DNA from: Octopus vulgaris
Lineage: Eukaryota
Assembly (NCBI GenBank): GCA_951406725.2
Contig: OX597824.1
Coordinates: 41,292,001 to 41,356,000 of the forward strand
Direction of reading: 5' to 3'
DNA length: 64,000 nucleotides
The notes below the pieces were generated by a model that saw only the letters and a program-made list of their open reading frames with translations, was not told the DNA's origin and did not search any database. The translations under genes were made by a program, and so were the position numbers. Of this stretch, positions 44,740-56,640 are shown piece after piece. Each line of letters opens with the position of its first letter. Position 1 is the stretch's first letter.

Positions 44740-44969
44740 TCTTTACTGCCCACAAGGGGCTACACACAGCGGGAGCAAACAAAGACAGACAAACAGATTA
44801 AGTCGATTATATTGACCCCAGTGCGTAACTGGGACTTATTTAATCAACCCCGAAAGGATGAAAGGCAAAGTCGGCCTCAGCGGAATTTGAACTCAGAACG
44901 TTGCGGCAGACGAAATACCGCTAAGCATTTCACCCTGCGTGCTATCGCTTCTGCCAGCTCGCCGCCTTC
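44740..44969 (-). mobile_element. SINE family B
   Basis: Reverse copy. Confidence 0.88.
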
Positions 44970-45246
44970 AGGTTACATCTTGTAATGCAGTACATTGCAT
45001 GTAATAATTCTTTTTACTATTAACACAAGGCTGAAATATATTAGGAGAGTGGAGTTTTAGTCAATTACATCGGCCCCAGTACTCAACTGGTGCTTATTTT
45101 ATTGACCCCGAATGAATGAAAGGCAAGGTCAACTTTGAATTTGAACTCAGAAATGTCACTGACGGGAAGCACAAAGAGACGGCAATCGTCTGTGAAGGTG
45201 GAGCAATCACCATATATGTACGTATGAGTGTGTGTATTTGGTAAAT

Positions 45247-45483
45247 TTACCTTCTTGGGCCATGTCGACTCATAAGGGCCGGTTTCCACAGCATACAAAT
45301 TCTCCACCTGGATAGGACGCCGGTCCATCGCAGGATTACTCATTTTTGCCAGCTGAGTGGACTGGAACGACGAGAAATGAAGTGTTTTACTTCAGAACGC
45401 AACGCGTCGCCCGGTCCAGGAATCGAAATCACAATTTTACGATTATGAGTCCAACACCCTAACCACTAAGCCACGCGCCTCCA
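45247..45483 (-). mobile_element. tRNA-derived SINE (related to family C)
   Basis: Reverse complement GGAGGCGCGTGGCTTAGTGGTTAGG...GATTTCGATTCCTGG...CCTGCGATGGACCGGCGTCC. Confidence 0.75.
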
Positions 45484-45491
45484 GTGTGAGT

Positions 45492-45543
<52 letters not shown>

Positions 45544-45552
45544 TTATATATA

Positions 45553-45782
45553 TTTCTTTATTGCCCACAATGGGCTAAACATAGAGGGGACAAACAAGGA
45601 CAGACAAAGGGATTAAGTCAATTACATCGACTCCAGTGCGAAACTGGTACTTAATTTATCGACCCCGAAAGGATGAAAGGCAAAGTCGACCTCGGCGGAA
45701 TTTGAACTCAGAACGTAGCAGCAGACAAAATGCCGCTAAGCATTTTGCTCGGTGTGCTAACGATTCTACCAGCTCGTTGCCT
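45553..45782 (-). mobile_element. SINE family B
   Basis: Reverse copy. Confidence 0.88.
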
Positions 45783-46124
45783 CAGACTACTGAATTATTA
45801 ATAGTTTTTTAGCCACAGGCAAGCCTTGAATGAGTATGCCTATGATCAAACATACGCCAAGCATGACCTTCTGTCATTTTTCAGATATTGTATCGATGTC
45901 TACTAGATAGAATATAGCATCTAAGATATTATTATCCATTGTGTCATTTTTTCAGTCAATAGGATATGATTTGACTGGTATTTTCCAGCTATTTCTAGCA
46001 TGTAAAGCGACCAAAACAAAACAACAAAAACGCACGAATGTTCACCCACCCCAAACTCACATATATACAAACGCATAAATATACATGATGTATACATATA
46101 TGTGTGAGTGCTCCTTTCAACTTT

Positions 46125-46157
46125 TCCCTGAACAAGGACACTGTGCGAAACGTTGGA
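46125..46157 (+). ncRNA. Degenerate hammerhead (core CTGAACA)
   Basis: TCC-CTGAACA-A-GGAC(ACT)GTGC-GAAA-CG-TT-GGA. G8 is mutated, so it is likely inactive. Confidence 0.45.
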
Positions 46158-47047
46158 TTTTCTATTCCTCACTGCAAGTTCATTGTATTCTTATCACCAA
46201 TTTTACTAGATAATATATGTCTTGCCGACGCAAATCAACACTAACCTCATTGTAATTGAGTCATGTTTGTCTGTCTGTCTGCCTGTTGGTTTAAATTTGA
46301 CTGAGGGCTAAACATCAACAACAACAACTACCATGACAGTAACAAACAATTAAGTAATTAACTTAACTAAATAGCTTGTTGAAACAAAAAAAAATAATAA
46401 TAAACAATACAAAGAAAGCCGAGCCCCAGTTTCCAGTCCAGGTGTAACGTTTAAACACTAAGCACTCCAGCCACTCACCTACTTACATGCGAGTAACACC
46501 CTCTACAACCTATCTCATCGTAACCCCCCACATCAGTCCGCTTCACCCCCGACGACGACGACGACCACGACCACCACCACCACAACCACTACCAATAACA
46601 ACAACTATCTGATGCAACAAAGAAAGAGACAAAAAGACAAACATTGCTTTGTTTACGGTTTATTTACTAAAGGTGGATAGAATGGGAATGGGGACCGATT
46701 GACGATGGGACTGGGGTTGGTAGCGCGGTGAGGCAGAGCGAGACGCGACACTTTCAGATGGTTGGTGGTCGCGGCGGGGTGGTGGTAGTGGTGGTGGTGG
46801 TCAGATTTTAGAAGAAGCCACTTTTAATAATAAGCCGGCACGTGGCCGACAGATAATCCTTTTATCCCCCTTTCAGAAATCCTGTTTATATCTAACTGCG
46901 TATCTATAATCGTTATTGTTATTGGTGTTGCTTTGTTTGTGGCGTACCTTTGTTGTTTTTGCTGTTGGTGGTATTCTTGTTGTTGTTGTTGGGGTTGGTG
47001 GTGTTGCTGATGTAGTTGTTGCTCTTCTGGTAACTGTTATTATTCGG

Positions 47048-47432
47048 GAGGCACATGGCCTAGTGGTTAGAGCAAGGGACCTCGCGGTCGAGGGATCACG
47101 GGTTCGAATCTCAGACCGGGCGATGTGTGTGTTTATGAGCGAAACACCTAAACTCCACGAGGCTCTGGCAGAAAGGTAATGGTAAACTTCTGCTGACCCC
47201 TTAAAAAGGGCGGCAGAAACGTTAGCACGCCGGGCGAAATGCTTAGCGGTATTTCATCTGCCGTTACGTTGTGAGTTCAAATTCCGCCGAGGTCGACTTT
47301 GCTTTTCATCCTTTTGGGGTCGATAGATTAAGTACCAGTTACGCACTGGGGTCGATGTAATCGACTTAATGCCTATGTCTGTCCTTGTTTGTTCCCTCTA
47401 TGTTTAGTCCCTTATGGGTAATAAAGAAATAG
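47048..47432 (+). mobile_element. SINE family C head followed by SINE family B
   Basis: GGAGGCACATGGCCTAGTGGTTAGAGC...GGTTCGAATC, then family B from ~47210. Confidence 0.8.
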
Positions 47433-47959
47433 GTTACTATTATTGTTGTTGTTGTTCTTTCGTCCCAGGGTTAACGTTGATCTACCAAGACCTACGACGT
47501 TCAAAACCTTGATCATTCCGTCTTTTATTTCTTTTAGGTATTTATGTAGGTATGGCTGTGTGGCTAAGAATCTTGCTTCCCAACTATGTGGACTAGGGTT
47601 CAGTCCCACTCAGCGGCATCTTCGTTAAGTGTCTTTGCATTTACGTCGTAAGTCTCCTACAACCGATGTTAGTTGGCTGACGTCCTCATAACTTAATGGT
47701 TCAGAAAAAGAGCTGAAAACCAGATTTACAAATAAGTACTGCGATTGATTTGGGCCGACCATGAACGCTATGATCAACTGGTATTTATGGTATATTTATG
47801 GTATGTCCTTGTTTGTCCCCTCTGTGTTTAGCCCCTTGTGGGTAGTAAAGAAATAGGTATTTATGGTATATATATATATACGTACATTCATATATATATA
47901 TATATATATATATATAGCAATAATAATTCTCTAAAAGAGATATAGACAGTAACTGCTCG

Positions 47960-48260
47960 ATAACATAAGGGACTAAAGCCATCTGAATATGGCTAGGGAC
48001 AGGGCAGGGTGGTGGGGGTGTTACTGTTGCATTTAGCCCCAGACGAACATCGACGTCACCAGAAAGGCTCGACACCGTCACGGTATCCTTATCCTGCAAA
48101 GGGAGGTGGAATTACCTCCCTTTGCAGGATAAGGACACCGTGACGGTGTCGAGCCTTTCTGGTGACGTCGATGTTCGCCTGGGGCTAAATGCAACAGTAA
48201 CACCCCCACCACCTGCCCTGTCCCTAGCCATATTCAGATGGCTTTAGTCCCTTATGTTAT
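47960..48260. repeat. Near-perfect 301-bp hairpin (arms ~148 bp, 6-nt loop) between (TA)n tracts
   Basis: Loop GGAATT at 48108-48113. About 3 differences between arms. Confidence 0.92.
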
Positions 48261-48325
48261 ATATATATATATATATATATATAACATGGGTAGCTAATTC
48301 GCAATTGTATAACCTAAAGGCAGAG

Positions 48326-48657
48326 ATATATACGTCACTAATGTGAACAAGGGCAGTAATCAGCACCAGTATTGCTAGAAATAAAAGTCAAAACAACTCA
48401 ATAGCCACAAAAAGCATTATCTTCATGAGCTGACGAAATAAGTATAACCCTAGGCACGGTGAGAGCTACTGATGAGCATTAAGATGCGTTAAGCATCAGA
48501 ATGCGGAATCATTGGTGATGTAGCTCAATCTGCGACCGCAGGCGTTTTTCTCCCTTGTCAGCTTATTAAGATAGTGCTTTTGGTGGCTATTGAGTTGTTT
48601 TGACTCTTATTTTTAGCAATACTGGTGCTGATTAGTGCCCTTGTTCACTTTAGTGAC

Positions 48658-48664
<7 letters not shown>
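48326..48664. mobile_element. Fold-back element with ~105-bp inverted arms and an HHR-like spacer
   Basis: 48326-48434 versus 48557-48664 are reverse complements with scattered mismatches. Confidence 0.8.
48463..48526 (+). ncRNA. Degenerate hammerhead
   Basis: GAGCTA-CTGATGA-GCATT...AATGC-GGAA-TCA(TTGG)TGA-TG-TAGCTC. All three stems pair, but GAAA has become GGAA and the cleavage H is G. Confidence 0.6.
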
Positions 48665-48693
<29 letters not shown>

Positions 48694-48786
48694 TTATGTA
48701 TGTATGTATGTATGTATGTATGTATGTATGTATGTATGTATGTATGTATGTATGTGTGTATGTATGTATGTATGTATGTATGTATG

Positions 48787-48831
<45 letters not shown>

Positions 48832-48850
48832 TTATATATATATATATATA

Positions 48851-49245
48851 GGCGCAGGAGTGGCTGTGTGGTAAGTATATTGCTTACTAACTACATAGTT
48901 CCGGGTTCAGTCCCACTGCGTGGCACCTTGGGCAAGTGTCTTCTACTATAGCCTCGGGCCGACCAAAGCCTTGTGAGTAGATTTGGTAGACGGAAACGGA
49001 AAGAAGCCCATCGTATATATATATGTATGTGTATTTGTGTGTCTGTGTTTGTCCCTCCAGCATCGCTTGACAACCGATGTTGGTGTATTTACGTCCCCGT
49101 AACATAGCGGTTCGGTAATAGAGACCGATAGAATAAGTACTAGGCTTACAAAGAATAAGTCCTGGGGTCGATCTATTCGACTAAAGGCGGTGCTCCAGCA
49201 TGGCCACAGTCAAACGACTGAAACAAGTAAAAGAGAGAAAGAGAA
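48851..49245 (+). mobile_element. SINE family A, full length
   Basis: Matches 23273-23710. Confidence 0.92.
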
Positions 49246-49650
49246 TATATATATATATATATATATATGCATACACACACACACACACACATACATATAT
49301 ATATCCTTTAAGTTCGTTTAGAGGAAACGTATTTGAGTAGGCATATAAAACGTAATATTTTAATTTGTAGGCTGCAGCCTAATGATGCCAACTTGCAATA
49401 GAAGCTTTAAGGGGTTGTACCGAGCTGTGCCAATATAATGTTGGATAAATGTAATAATAATAATAATAATAATAATGATAATAATAATTCAGGGATTGAA
49501 TTTATAAATATTGTAACGCATCGCTACGCGCGTTTCCACAAGTCACTTGTGTCATACGATCATAGTCCGTACCCCTGGTATGATTACAATACAGTTCGTA
49601 GTATTCATGGACATTGGGTGGATCATAGTTCATGTGTTCATTTCTTCAGA

Positions 49651-49695
<45 letters not shown>

Positions 49696-49791
49696 TAGGT
49701 ATATATATATATATACATACATATATATATAGATTCATACATACATACATATATATATACATACATATATACATACATATATATATAGATT

Positions 49792-49837
<46 letters not shown>

Positions 49838-50069
49838 TACATACTTTTGTATACGTATATATACGTATATATATACATATGCATATAAATATATATATAT
49901 ACATATATATATATACGTACTAACATACGTCATATCAAAGTGCATTATGTTCTCAGACATAATCTTTTGTGACATATAAATATATATAAATATTTTAATC
50001 TTCGGATTCTTTTTTAATATGCTAGACCACTGGTCTTAATTGATAAATATCAATTTCTACCCTTAATTA

Positions 50070-50096
<27 letters not shown>

Positions 50097-50100
<4 letters not shown>

Positions 50101-50586
50101 TGTTATATTTCGGAATGGTCATATTGCCAGTTTAGCCAATAAAAACACACGCACTATATATTTGGTGTTATTTTGCTTCAGTGATATTTATTTTTTACAT
50201 TAATCTTAATCTTATTTCGGCCAAAGTTCTTTCGTCACACTCCTGTGACCGCATCAGTGGTCCTTTGTTTTCTTCTCACTTACTTGTGTCTCTCCTTACT
50301 AACCGTCAGCCATTTTGTATTTCTATTGTATGTCTTCATTTGCGCATGCTTATATCTCTATGTGCGTCTATGTTTATTTAGTGTGTGTGGGGGGGGATGC
50401 CTGTAATATTTGTATCTTCTGGTTATATACATTCTTGTAATTTGTATTTTGTTTTTGTTGTTGTTGCTTTTGTTCTAATTTTATTCATGTGTTTACATCC
50501 ACCCATTATTATCATTACATATGCTTGTATGTATGTATAACAACAATACTAGTAATAATAATAATAAATCTAATCGAGAAAAAAAA
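50097..50586 (-). repeat. Inverted pseudo-LTR (left copy)
   Basis: Reverse complement of 54052-54541. The coordinate sum is constant at both ends (no net indel), and the mirror ORFs 50181..50381(+) and 54257..54457(-) translate identically. Confidence 0.93.
50219..50263 (-). ncRNA. Mirror copy of the pLTR hammerhead variant
   Basis: Exact reverse complement of 54375-54419. Confidence 0.55.
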
Positions 50587-50601
50587 GAGAAAAAAAAAAA
50601 G

Positions 50602-50637
<36 letters not shown>

Positions 50638-51018
50638 TACGTTGGAATTTAAATAGATACTATGACAACAACACTTGCGACAACAACAACAACGCGAAAA
50701 ACACTAACCGCAGCAACAACAACACAAACAATAATGACCGCAACAATAACAACCGTAGCAACAAAAGCAACACGAACCCTAACAGCGGCAACAACAACAA
50801 CAACAACACGAACCCTAACAGCGACAACAACAATAACAATAGAAAAAATGTATGCATAGACACAAACAATAGATACAAAAACAAAAACACAAACAGAGAG
50901 AAAAATCGTATACAACAGCAACAACAACAACAATTATAGGGAGAACCGACACACAAACACACACACAGATAGCCATAGTCACAAAAACACGAATAAAAGT
51001 TGTGTCATAGGGGTCACG

Positions 51019-53844
51019 ATGGAGAATAAAGTTGAATGCAACAGGATCCTTGGACAGGGAGTCAGCGGACTTGAAACAGATAACAATACTCATAGGAACA
51101 AAAATAACGACCGCAACAGGGGGATTGACAGGGACCAACAGACAGACATAAAACCCAACACTAATATAAACAACACATATACCAGAAACAGGAACAATGA
51201 ATATATCACTAGCGATGATAGTAATAATGGCAATGGTAGGAATAAAGGTAATAACAATAATAGTGGTAGTAGTAGTGGTGATGGTAACAGTAGAAGTAGT
51301 AATGAGGATAGTAGTGATAGTTGTGGTGGTAATAGGAATACTAGTAGTAGTAGTAGTAGTGGTAATGGTGATAATAATAATAGGAAGGCTGATGTTGGAA
51401 ACAGTAACGATAATGAAGATAACCCTAGAGAGACCATTGACATGTATACCCATCCCTTTGACACTCAATTCTTCAACGTATGCGACAAAACTTACTGCAT
51501 GAACCGAATTTATCCAACAACATTACCCTTCAACAAAAGGGTATACATCCCAAGACGTACTAATGACCACATGGAAGCACAGTTCACTATAGCTAGGACC
51601 AAACTTAGACAGATTTTAGGTTTATACATTAAGAGACAGAGACAGAATAAGACAGATGCCCAACAACTAGGGATTAAACCTGCATGTGGCCTACAGAAGT
51701 TCATTCAGCGCACGAGGAACGGAGAGGTGATATGCCTTCCCACGGATAAGTCCGGCAGGATGTCAATAGACAGCTTACCGAACTACATCCAGGCAATGCA
51801 ACCTCATATCGCCAATACAAAAGTAACAACTGTACAGGCGCATGAGGAGAGAGAAAAGGTCCTCAATGCCCACATGATGATGTGGACAATTGTTCTGGGA
51901 CCTCAGAAACGTACTGCAAAGAATTTCCAAGCCTGGAACAATGATATCCCGGCACTGTATGGACTTCGCAAGGACCATAAAGGTTTTACTGACCCTATAG
52001 CAGGACCACCAACAAGACCAGTCTGTGGAGCGTATATCGCTAGCAATTACAGAATCTCCTACTTCCTCTCAATGATCATACGCCCTATAATCAGGATGTC
52101 ACCTGATGTATGTGACAGCACAGAAGATCTCCTAAGCAGGATCAGTGACTGTAACAAAACTTGTGACTTGACAGGATGTATAGTAGGTAGCATGGATGTG
52201 GTATCCCTATACCCATCGATTGACGTAGATTTTGCAGTGGAGAAGTGCGTGGAGATGATCAACGAGAGCCAGGTGGAGTTCTGTAATGTCGACACAGAAG
52301 AACTGGGCCTCCTACTTAGACTGACATATAATAGTGAATACTTAGATAAACATAATCTTAGTAGTTTCTGCCCCAGTAGATGTTTAAGAGGTAGACCGCC
52401 TACAATTACTTCTATGGCTAGGAAGACACATATAGAAAGATGGCGCGGATGGACCAGAGCCATACGGAGCCCCGCAAATGTCCATCAGGTAAAGAAAATG
52501 ATCGCACATGCACTAGGAGCTAGTATAAGAGTTACCCTAAAAGGCCACACATTTAAATTTAATAATAAAATATATGCCCAGGACGAGGGGGCAGCCATCG
52601 GTGTTAGTATCGCTGGTGATGTGGCCAACCTCTTCATGGTATGGTGGGACAGAAGGCTTAAAGAATGCCTACTGCAGAAATCCATACTCGTAAACATGTA
52701 CTCTCGCTATGTTGATGATATCAATATAGTAGTAAAGGCACCCCCACAAGAAAGTACTGTTGATATAGTAATAGAAACTAATACTATGGAGAGCATCCAG
52801 CAAATAGCTAACTCCATCCACCAGAGTATTAAGGTCACAATAGACTACCCCACTAAACACCCCAACCATAGACTACCAGTACTAGACACTGAACTCTGGC
52901 TAGAAATTGTGAAAAATAAAACCCAAATCCTTCATTCATACTATGCAAAACCTATGGCCTCAAAATACCTGATCCACCGGAACTCAGCCATTGCGGGCAA
53001 TGCCAAATTCAATATTTTGATGGCAGACCTCGTCAGAATAATGAGAAATGTGTCACGCATGTGCGAGCCTACAGAATTAAAGAGACACATACAGTATTTC
53101 ATTCACCGCATGCAGTTCTCAGGTTACAGCCATAAAGAAAGGATCAGAGTATACAAAGGAGCCATGAAGAAATTTGATAATATATTATGTAATGATAGGA
53201 ATGGGATTTGCCCACTCTATAGGAACAAGTCATGGAACACTATAGAAAGGACAAAAAAGAAAATAAGGAAGGCCAACTCTTGGTATGATAGCCATAAATA
53301 CCAGAGTGTCATGTTCGTTGACACCACCCCTGGAGGTGAACTAGCGTACCGCTTTAGAAGGACCCTAGATAAACTTAAACTAAGAATTAAGGTTGTTGAA
53401 AAGCCAGGCAACCCTATCAGATCTATAATTGGTAGAACCTATCCTTTTAGTAGAACTCTCTGTACGGATAACTATTGCACTGTATGTAGATTTAGCCCAC
53501 AAACGAACTGTAAAGCCAGAAATGTGGTCTATAGTATAAGATGTATAGAGGGACGATGCAGTAACAAGACAGTAACATACGTAGGGGAAACTGCAAGAAG
53601 CATTGGTGAGCGGGTGAATGAACATTGGAGACAACTCAAGGAAGGTAAAAGCTCATCGATTCTGTACCAACACGCCGAACAAGAACACGGGGGATCAATC
53701 AATAACATAGAGATTAATATATTGTCCACACATAGAACAGATGCAACAATTAGACAAATTACAGAAGCTACACATATAATAGAAAATAAACCTAGCCTGA
53801 ATAGAAAACTAGAATGGAGCAATAGCGCACACCACAACATATGA
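51019..53844 (+). CDS. Penelope-like retroelement ORF: reverse transcriptase + C-terminal GIY-YIG endonuclease (941 aa)
   Basis: Uninterrupted ORF. It has a PLE N-terminal DKG-like motif (PTDKSG) and RT motifs (RPVCG, SMDVVSLYPSI, QDEGAAIGVSIAGDVANLFM, YSRYVDD). A Cys-rich linker (CTDNYCTVC...NC) precedes the GIY-YIG domain (NVVYSIRC...YVGETARSIGERVNEH...E...PSLN). A Cys linker with C-terminal EN suggests a Neptune/Nematis-type PLE (inference). Confidence 0.95.
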   Translation: MENKVECNRILGQGVSGLETDNNTHRNKNNDRNRGIDRDQQTDIKPNTNINNTYTRNRNNEYITSDDSNNGNGRNKGNNNNSGSSSGDGNSRSSNEDSSDSCGGNRNTSSSSSSGNGDNNNRKADVGNSNDNEDNPRETIDMYTHPFDTQFFNVCDKTYCMNRIYPTTLPFNKRVYIPRRTNDHMEAQFTIARTKLRQILGLYIKRQRQNKTDAQQLGIKPACGLQKFIQRTRNGEVICLPTDKSGRMSIDSLPNYIQAMQPHIANTKVTTVQAHEEREKVLNAHMMMWTIVLGPQKRTAKNFQAWNNDIPALYGLRKDHKGFTDPIAGPPTRPVCGAYIASNYRISYFLSMIIRPIIRMSPDVCDSTEDLLSRISDCNKTCDLTGCIVGSMDVVSLYPSIDVDFAVEKCVEMINESQVEFCNVDTEELGLLLRLTYNSEYLDKHNLSSFCPSRCLRGRPPTITSMARKTHIERWRGWTRAIRSPANVHQVKKMIAHALGASIRVTLKGHTFKFNNKIYAQDEGAAIGVSIAGDVANLFMVWWDRRLKECLLQKSILVNMYSRYVDDINIVVKAPPQESTVDIVIETNTMESIQQIANSIHQSIKVTIDYPTKHPNHRLPVLDTELWLEIVKNKTQILHSYYAKPMASKYLIHRNSAIAGNAKFNILMADLVRIMRNVSRMCEPTELKRHIQYFIHRMQFSGYSHKERIRVYKGAMKKFDNILCNDRNGICPLYRNKSWNTIERTKKKIRKANSWYDSHKYQSVMFVDTTPGGELAYRFRRTLDKLKLRIKVVEKPGNPIRSIIGRTYPFSRTLCTDNYCTVCRFSPQTNCKARNVVYSIRCIEGRCSNKTVTYVGETARSIGERVNEHWRQLKEGKSSSILYQHAEQEHGGSINNIEINILSTHRTDATIRQITEATHIIENKPSLNRKLEWSNSAHHNI

Positions 53845-53967
53845 CAATAGTGGATCCTGCAAACATAATAAATACACAGGTAATTAAAGAAATAGAAATG
53901 AATATCTATATATATGTATATGTGTATATATATGTATATGTATATGTGTATATATGTGTGTATATAT

Positions 53968-53999
<32 letters not shown>

Positions 54000-54051
54000 A
54001 TATGTATGTATATATATATATATATGTATATGTATATTCTTTTTTTTTTTT

Positions 54052-54594
54052 TTTTTTTTCTCGATTAGATTTATTATTATTATTACTAGTATTGTTGTTA
54101 TACATACATACAAGCATATGTAATGATAATAATGGGTGGATGTAAACACATGAATAAAATTAGAACAAAAGCAACAACAACAAAAACAAAATACAAATTA
54201 CAAGAATGTATATAACCAGAAGATACAAATATTACAGGCATCCCCCCCCACACACACTAAATAAACATAGACGCACATAGAGATATAAGCATGCGCAAAT
54301 GAAGACATACAATAGAAATACAAAATGGCTGACGGTTAGTAAGGAGAGACACAAGTAAGTGAGAAGAAAACAAAGGACCACTGATGCGGTCACAGGAGTG
54401 TGACGAAAGAACTTTGGCCGAAATAAGATTAAGATTAATGTAAAAAATAAATATCACTGAAGCAAAATAACACCAAATATATAGTGCGTGTGTTTTTATT
54501 GGCTAAACTGGCAATATGACCATTCCGAAATATAACAATATCTGTTTCAACACACGACTTCACATAAAAAATCTTGCACAACAAATATTTAAAC

Positions 54595-54598
<4 letters not shown>
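54052..54598 (+). repeat. 3' pseudo-LTR of the PLE
   Basis: Follows the ORF stop, is the template of the inverted left copy, and ends at (TA)n. Confidence 0.88.
54375..54419 (+). ncRNA. Variant minimal hammerhead ribozyme in PLE pLTR
   Basis: GGACCA-CTGATGC-G-GTCACA(GGAG)TGTGAC-GAAA-GAAC-TT-TGGCC. A9 is replaced by C and there is an extra G. Confidence 0.55.
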
Positions 54599-54638
<40 letters not shown>

Positions 54639-56640
54639 CATATATGTGCATACATATATACATACATATATATATACATACATATACATACATATGCATA
54701 TATAAATACATACGAGGTGTTTTGGCACAACTGCTTTGGCGCCCTCTATTTAATTGTGGAGGGAATGTTTACTACAAGGTGTAATCAAATGGTATTATAT
54801 AATATGCATGCGTGTGTTATATACAATGACTGCCTGTCGTCATTGCAGCTTGTAATATGCGTCCGGTAGTATGTGAGCATGTTGGTTTAATGTTAAACTA
54901 TGTGTCGTAATGTATATAGCGTAACTAGTATTTGCAGTGGTAACAGATGGTAATGTGACTGTGATAGTATTACAGTGGTGTTGTTTGCGATAGCGGTGAT
55001 AGTCCCGAAGATGTTGTTCGAGGATATCGTTAGTCGTAGCGATAGTAGATTCGACTCTAGTGCAATCAGACTTCTGCTGATGGCAACAGATGGCGACAAC
55101 AGAAGGCGACCGTCATTATTGTTATGTAAAACAGCAGGTAATCTTTGGCAATGTTCGTCACAATGGTTGTTATGTATGAAAGCACCTGACCTAGTAATTA
55201 AGTTGTTGGGCTCATCGTTGGTTAGATTCTCAGACATTACCGCATTTTAACATAAGGAACCCTTTTTTGTCAAAAATTAAGTTAAAAAATTATGGGAGTT
55301 GCTTATACAAAATTCTTTTTCCAAATTTTAAGCCCCCTAAAATTAGAGTTATACACGTTAAAATCAGGGCTATACACTGCATGTCTTTGGGCAAGGTATT
55401 TCCTTTTATGTTGTTCCTGTCTACTCAAAAAATATAAAGTAGCAGAAACAAAATCATGTGTGAGTTACTCTGTAATGGACTGGCGTCCCATCCAAGGGAG
55501 TGCGTCGAAGGTAAGAGCAGACACTCTATGATAAATTGTGCGGCAGGCAATTTTTGATGGTGTTCGTCACAATGTCGGAAAGTATAAAAGTATCTGGCCT
55601 AGGAGCTCAGTATTTTGGTATCACGATCGTAAGAAGGTAGGCTCAATCCACAGACCAAGCAGCGTATTGAATTTTTGGGAAGGCATTTTATTTTACGTTG
55701 TTCTTGTCCGCTCAGCTAAAACCGATTGTTGTATCAGCAGGAGGTTAACCCTGCGATTGACTAGCGTCCCATCCTGCGGGATTTTTGAAGAGTAGGAGCC
55801 GTGAGCGCCCGACCCGCAATTGCTGCTATAAAAAAGCAAAAGCTATCATGATAGTCCATGCAGTCTACTTGATGAATTAGTGGTGGTGATGATGATGACG
55901 ATGATAATGATGATGATAACAGTTGTGGCTATGGTAATGGTTATGATGTCACGTTTCAAGTAGCTTTATTGATGTTTGCATTGCTAGTACTTGTTAGTAT
56001 CATGGTCAGATTTAATATATAATAATACTCGCTTAAAAGCCACCCGATAGGGCGAATTTTAAGCTAGTGTATAGCTTTTAAGCTACTGACCCCGAATGGG
56101 AAGATCTACAAACAGATCTCTGACTTGTTTTGGAGAATTTGTTGCAATTGCTTCCTCCAGAGTCATATCCCAATGATGCTCATATTCGTCGCAAAAAATT
56201 ACTTTAAAAAATTGCCGAAAAATAATCGCCGGATTTCGGTTATTCTCAAAATTTATTTCCAAGTTATAAAAGTTGTTACTGTCACGGAAAAAAAAATCGC
56301 CGGAAACAGTCGCATTAATAAAAACTTGGGAATCGAAAATTTCAGGCTACTTCTACTTGCGATGGATGCGTGAATGTAATTTGAGTCCAAGTATGGGTGT
56401 TGCTATGAAGTCACAATGGGGACACTGGTGATTTTGATTTTGCCTGGGATTGGGCAAATGTGTTTGCTGGTTGCAGGGTATAATTCTTTTATAGTTCTGT
56501 TTCTTCAACTCAAATTGTTTTAATATTTACTGCCCACTTTTTCTAGATCGTGCAGGAAGGTGATAACGTCTGAGGTGATGTCTGGAAAAATGCAATATCA
56601 ACAGTATGATGTACGTCTATAGTATGTACGTCTATAATAC

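Larger units (their letters stand above)
50097..54598 (+). mobile_element. Full-length Penelope-like element with inverted 5' pseudo-LTR, inserted in (TA)n
   Basis: RT-GIY ORF flanked by inverted repeats 50097-50586 / 54052-54541. The 3' copy extends to ~54598. (TA)n tracts lie on both sides. Confidence 0.9.

Noticed and set aside
50775-50820. AACCCTAAC telomere-like units upstream of the PLE ORF
   Set aside because: Only two isolated units within a short local duplication, not a telomeric array.
51090-53634. Antisense and alternate-frame ORFs inside the PLE
   Set aside because: Short shadow ORFs of the main reading frame.
54893-55250. 114-aa and 91-aa overlapping ORFs next to the PLE
   Set aside because: No recognisable domain or splice structure.
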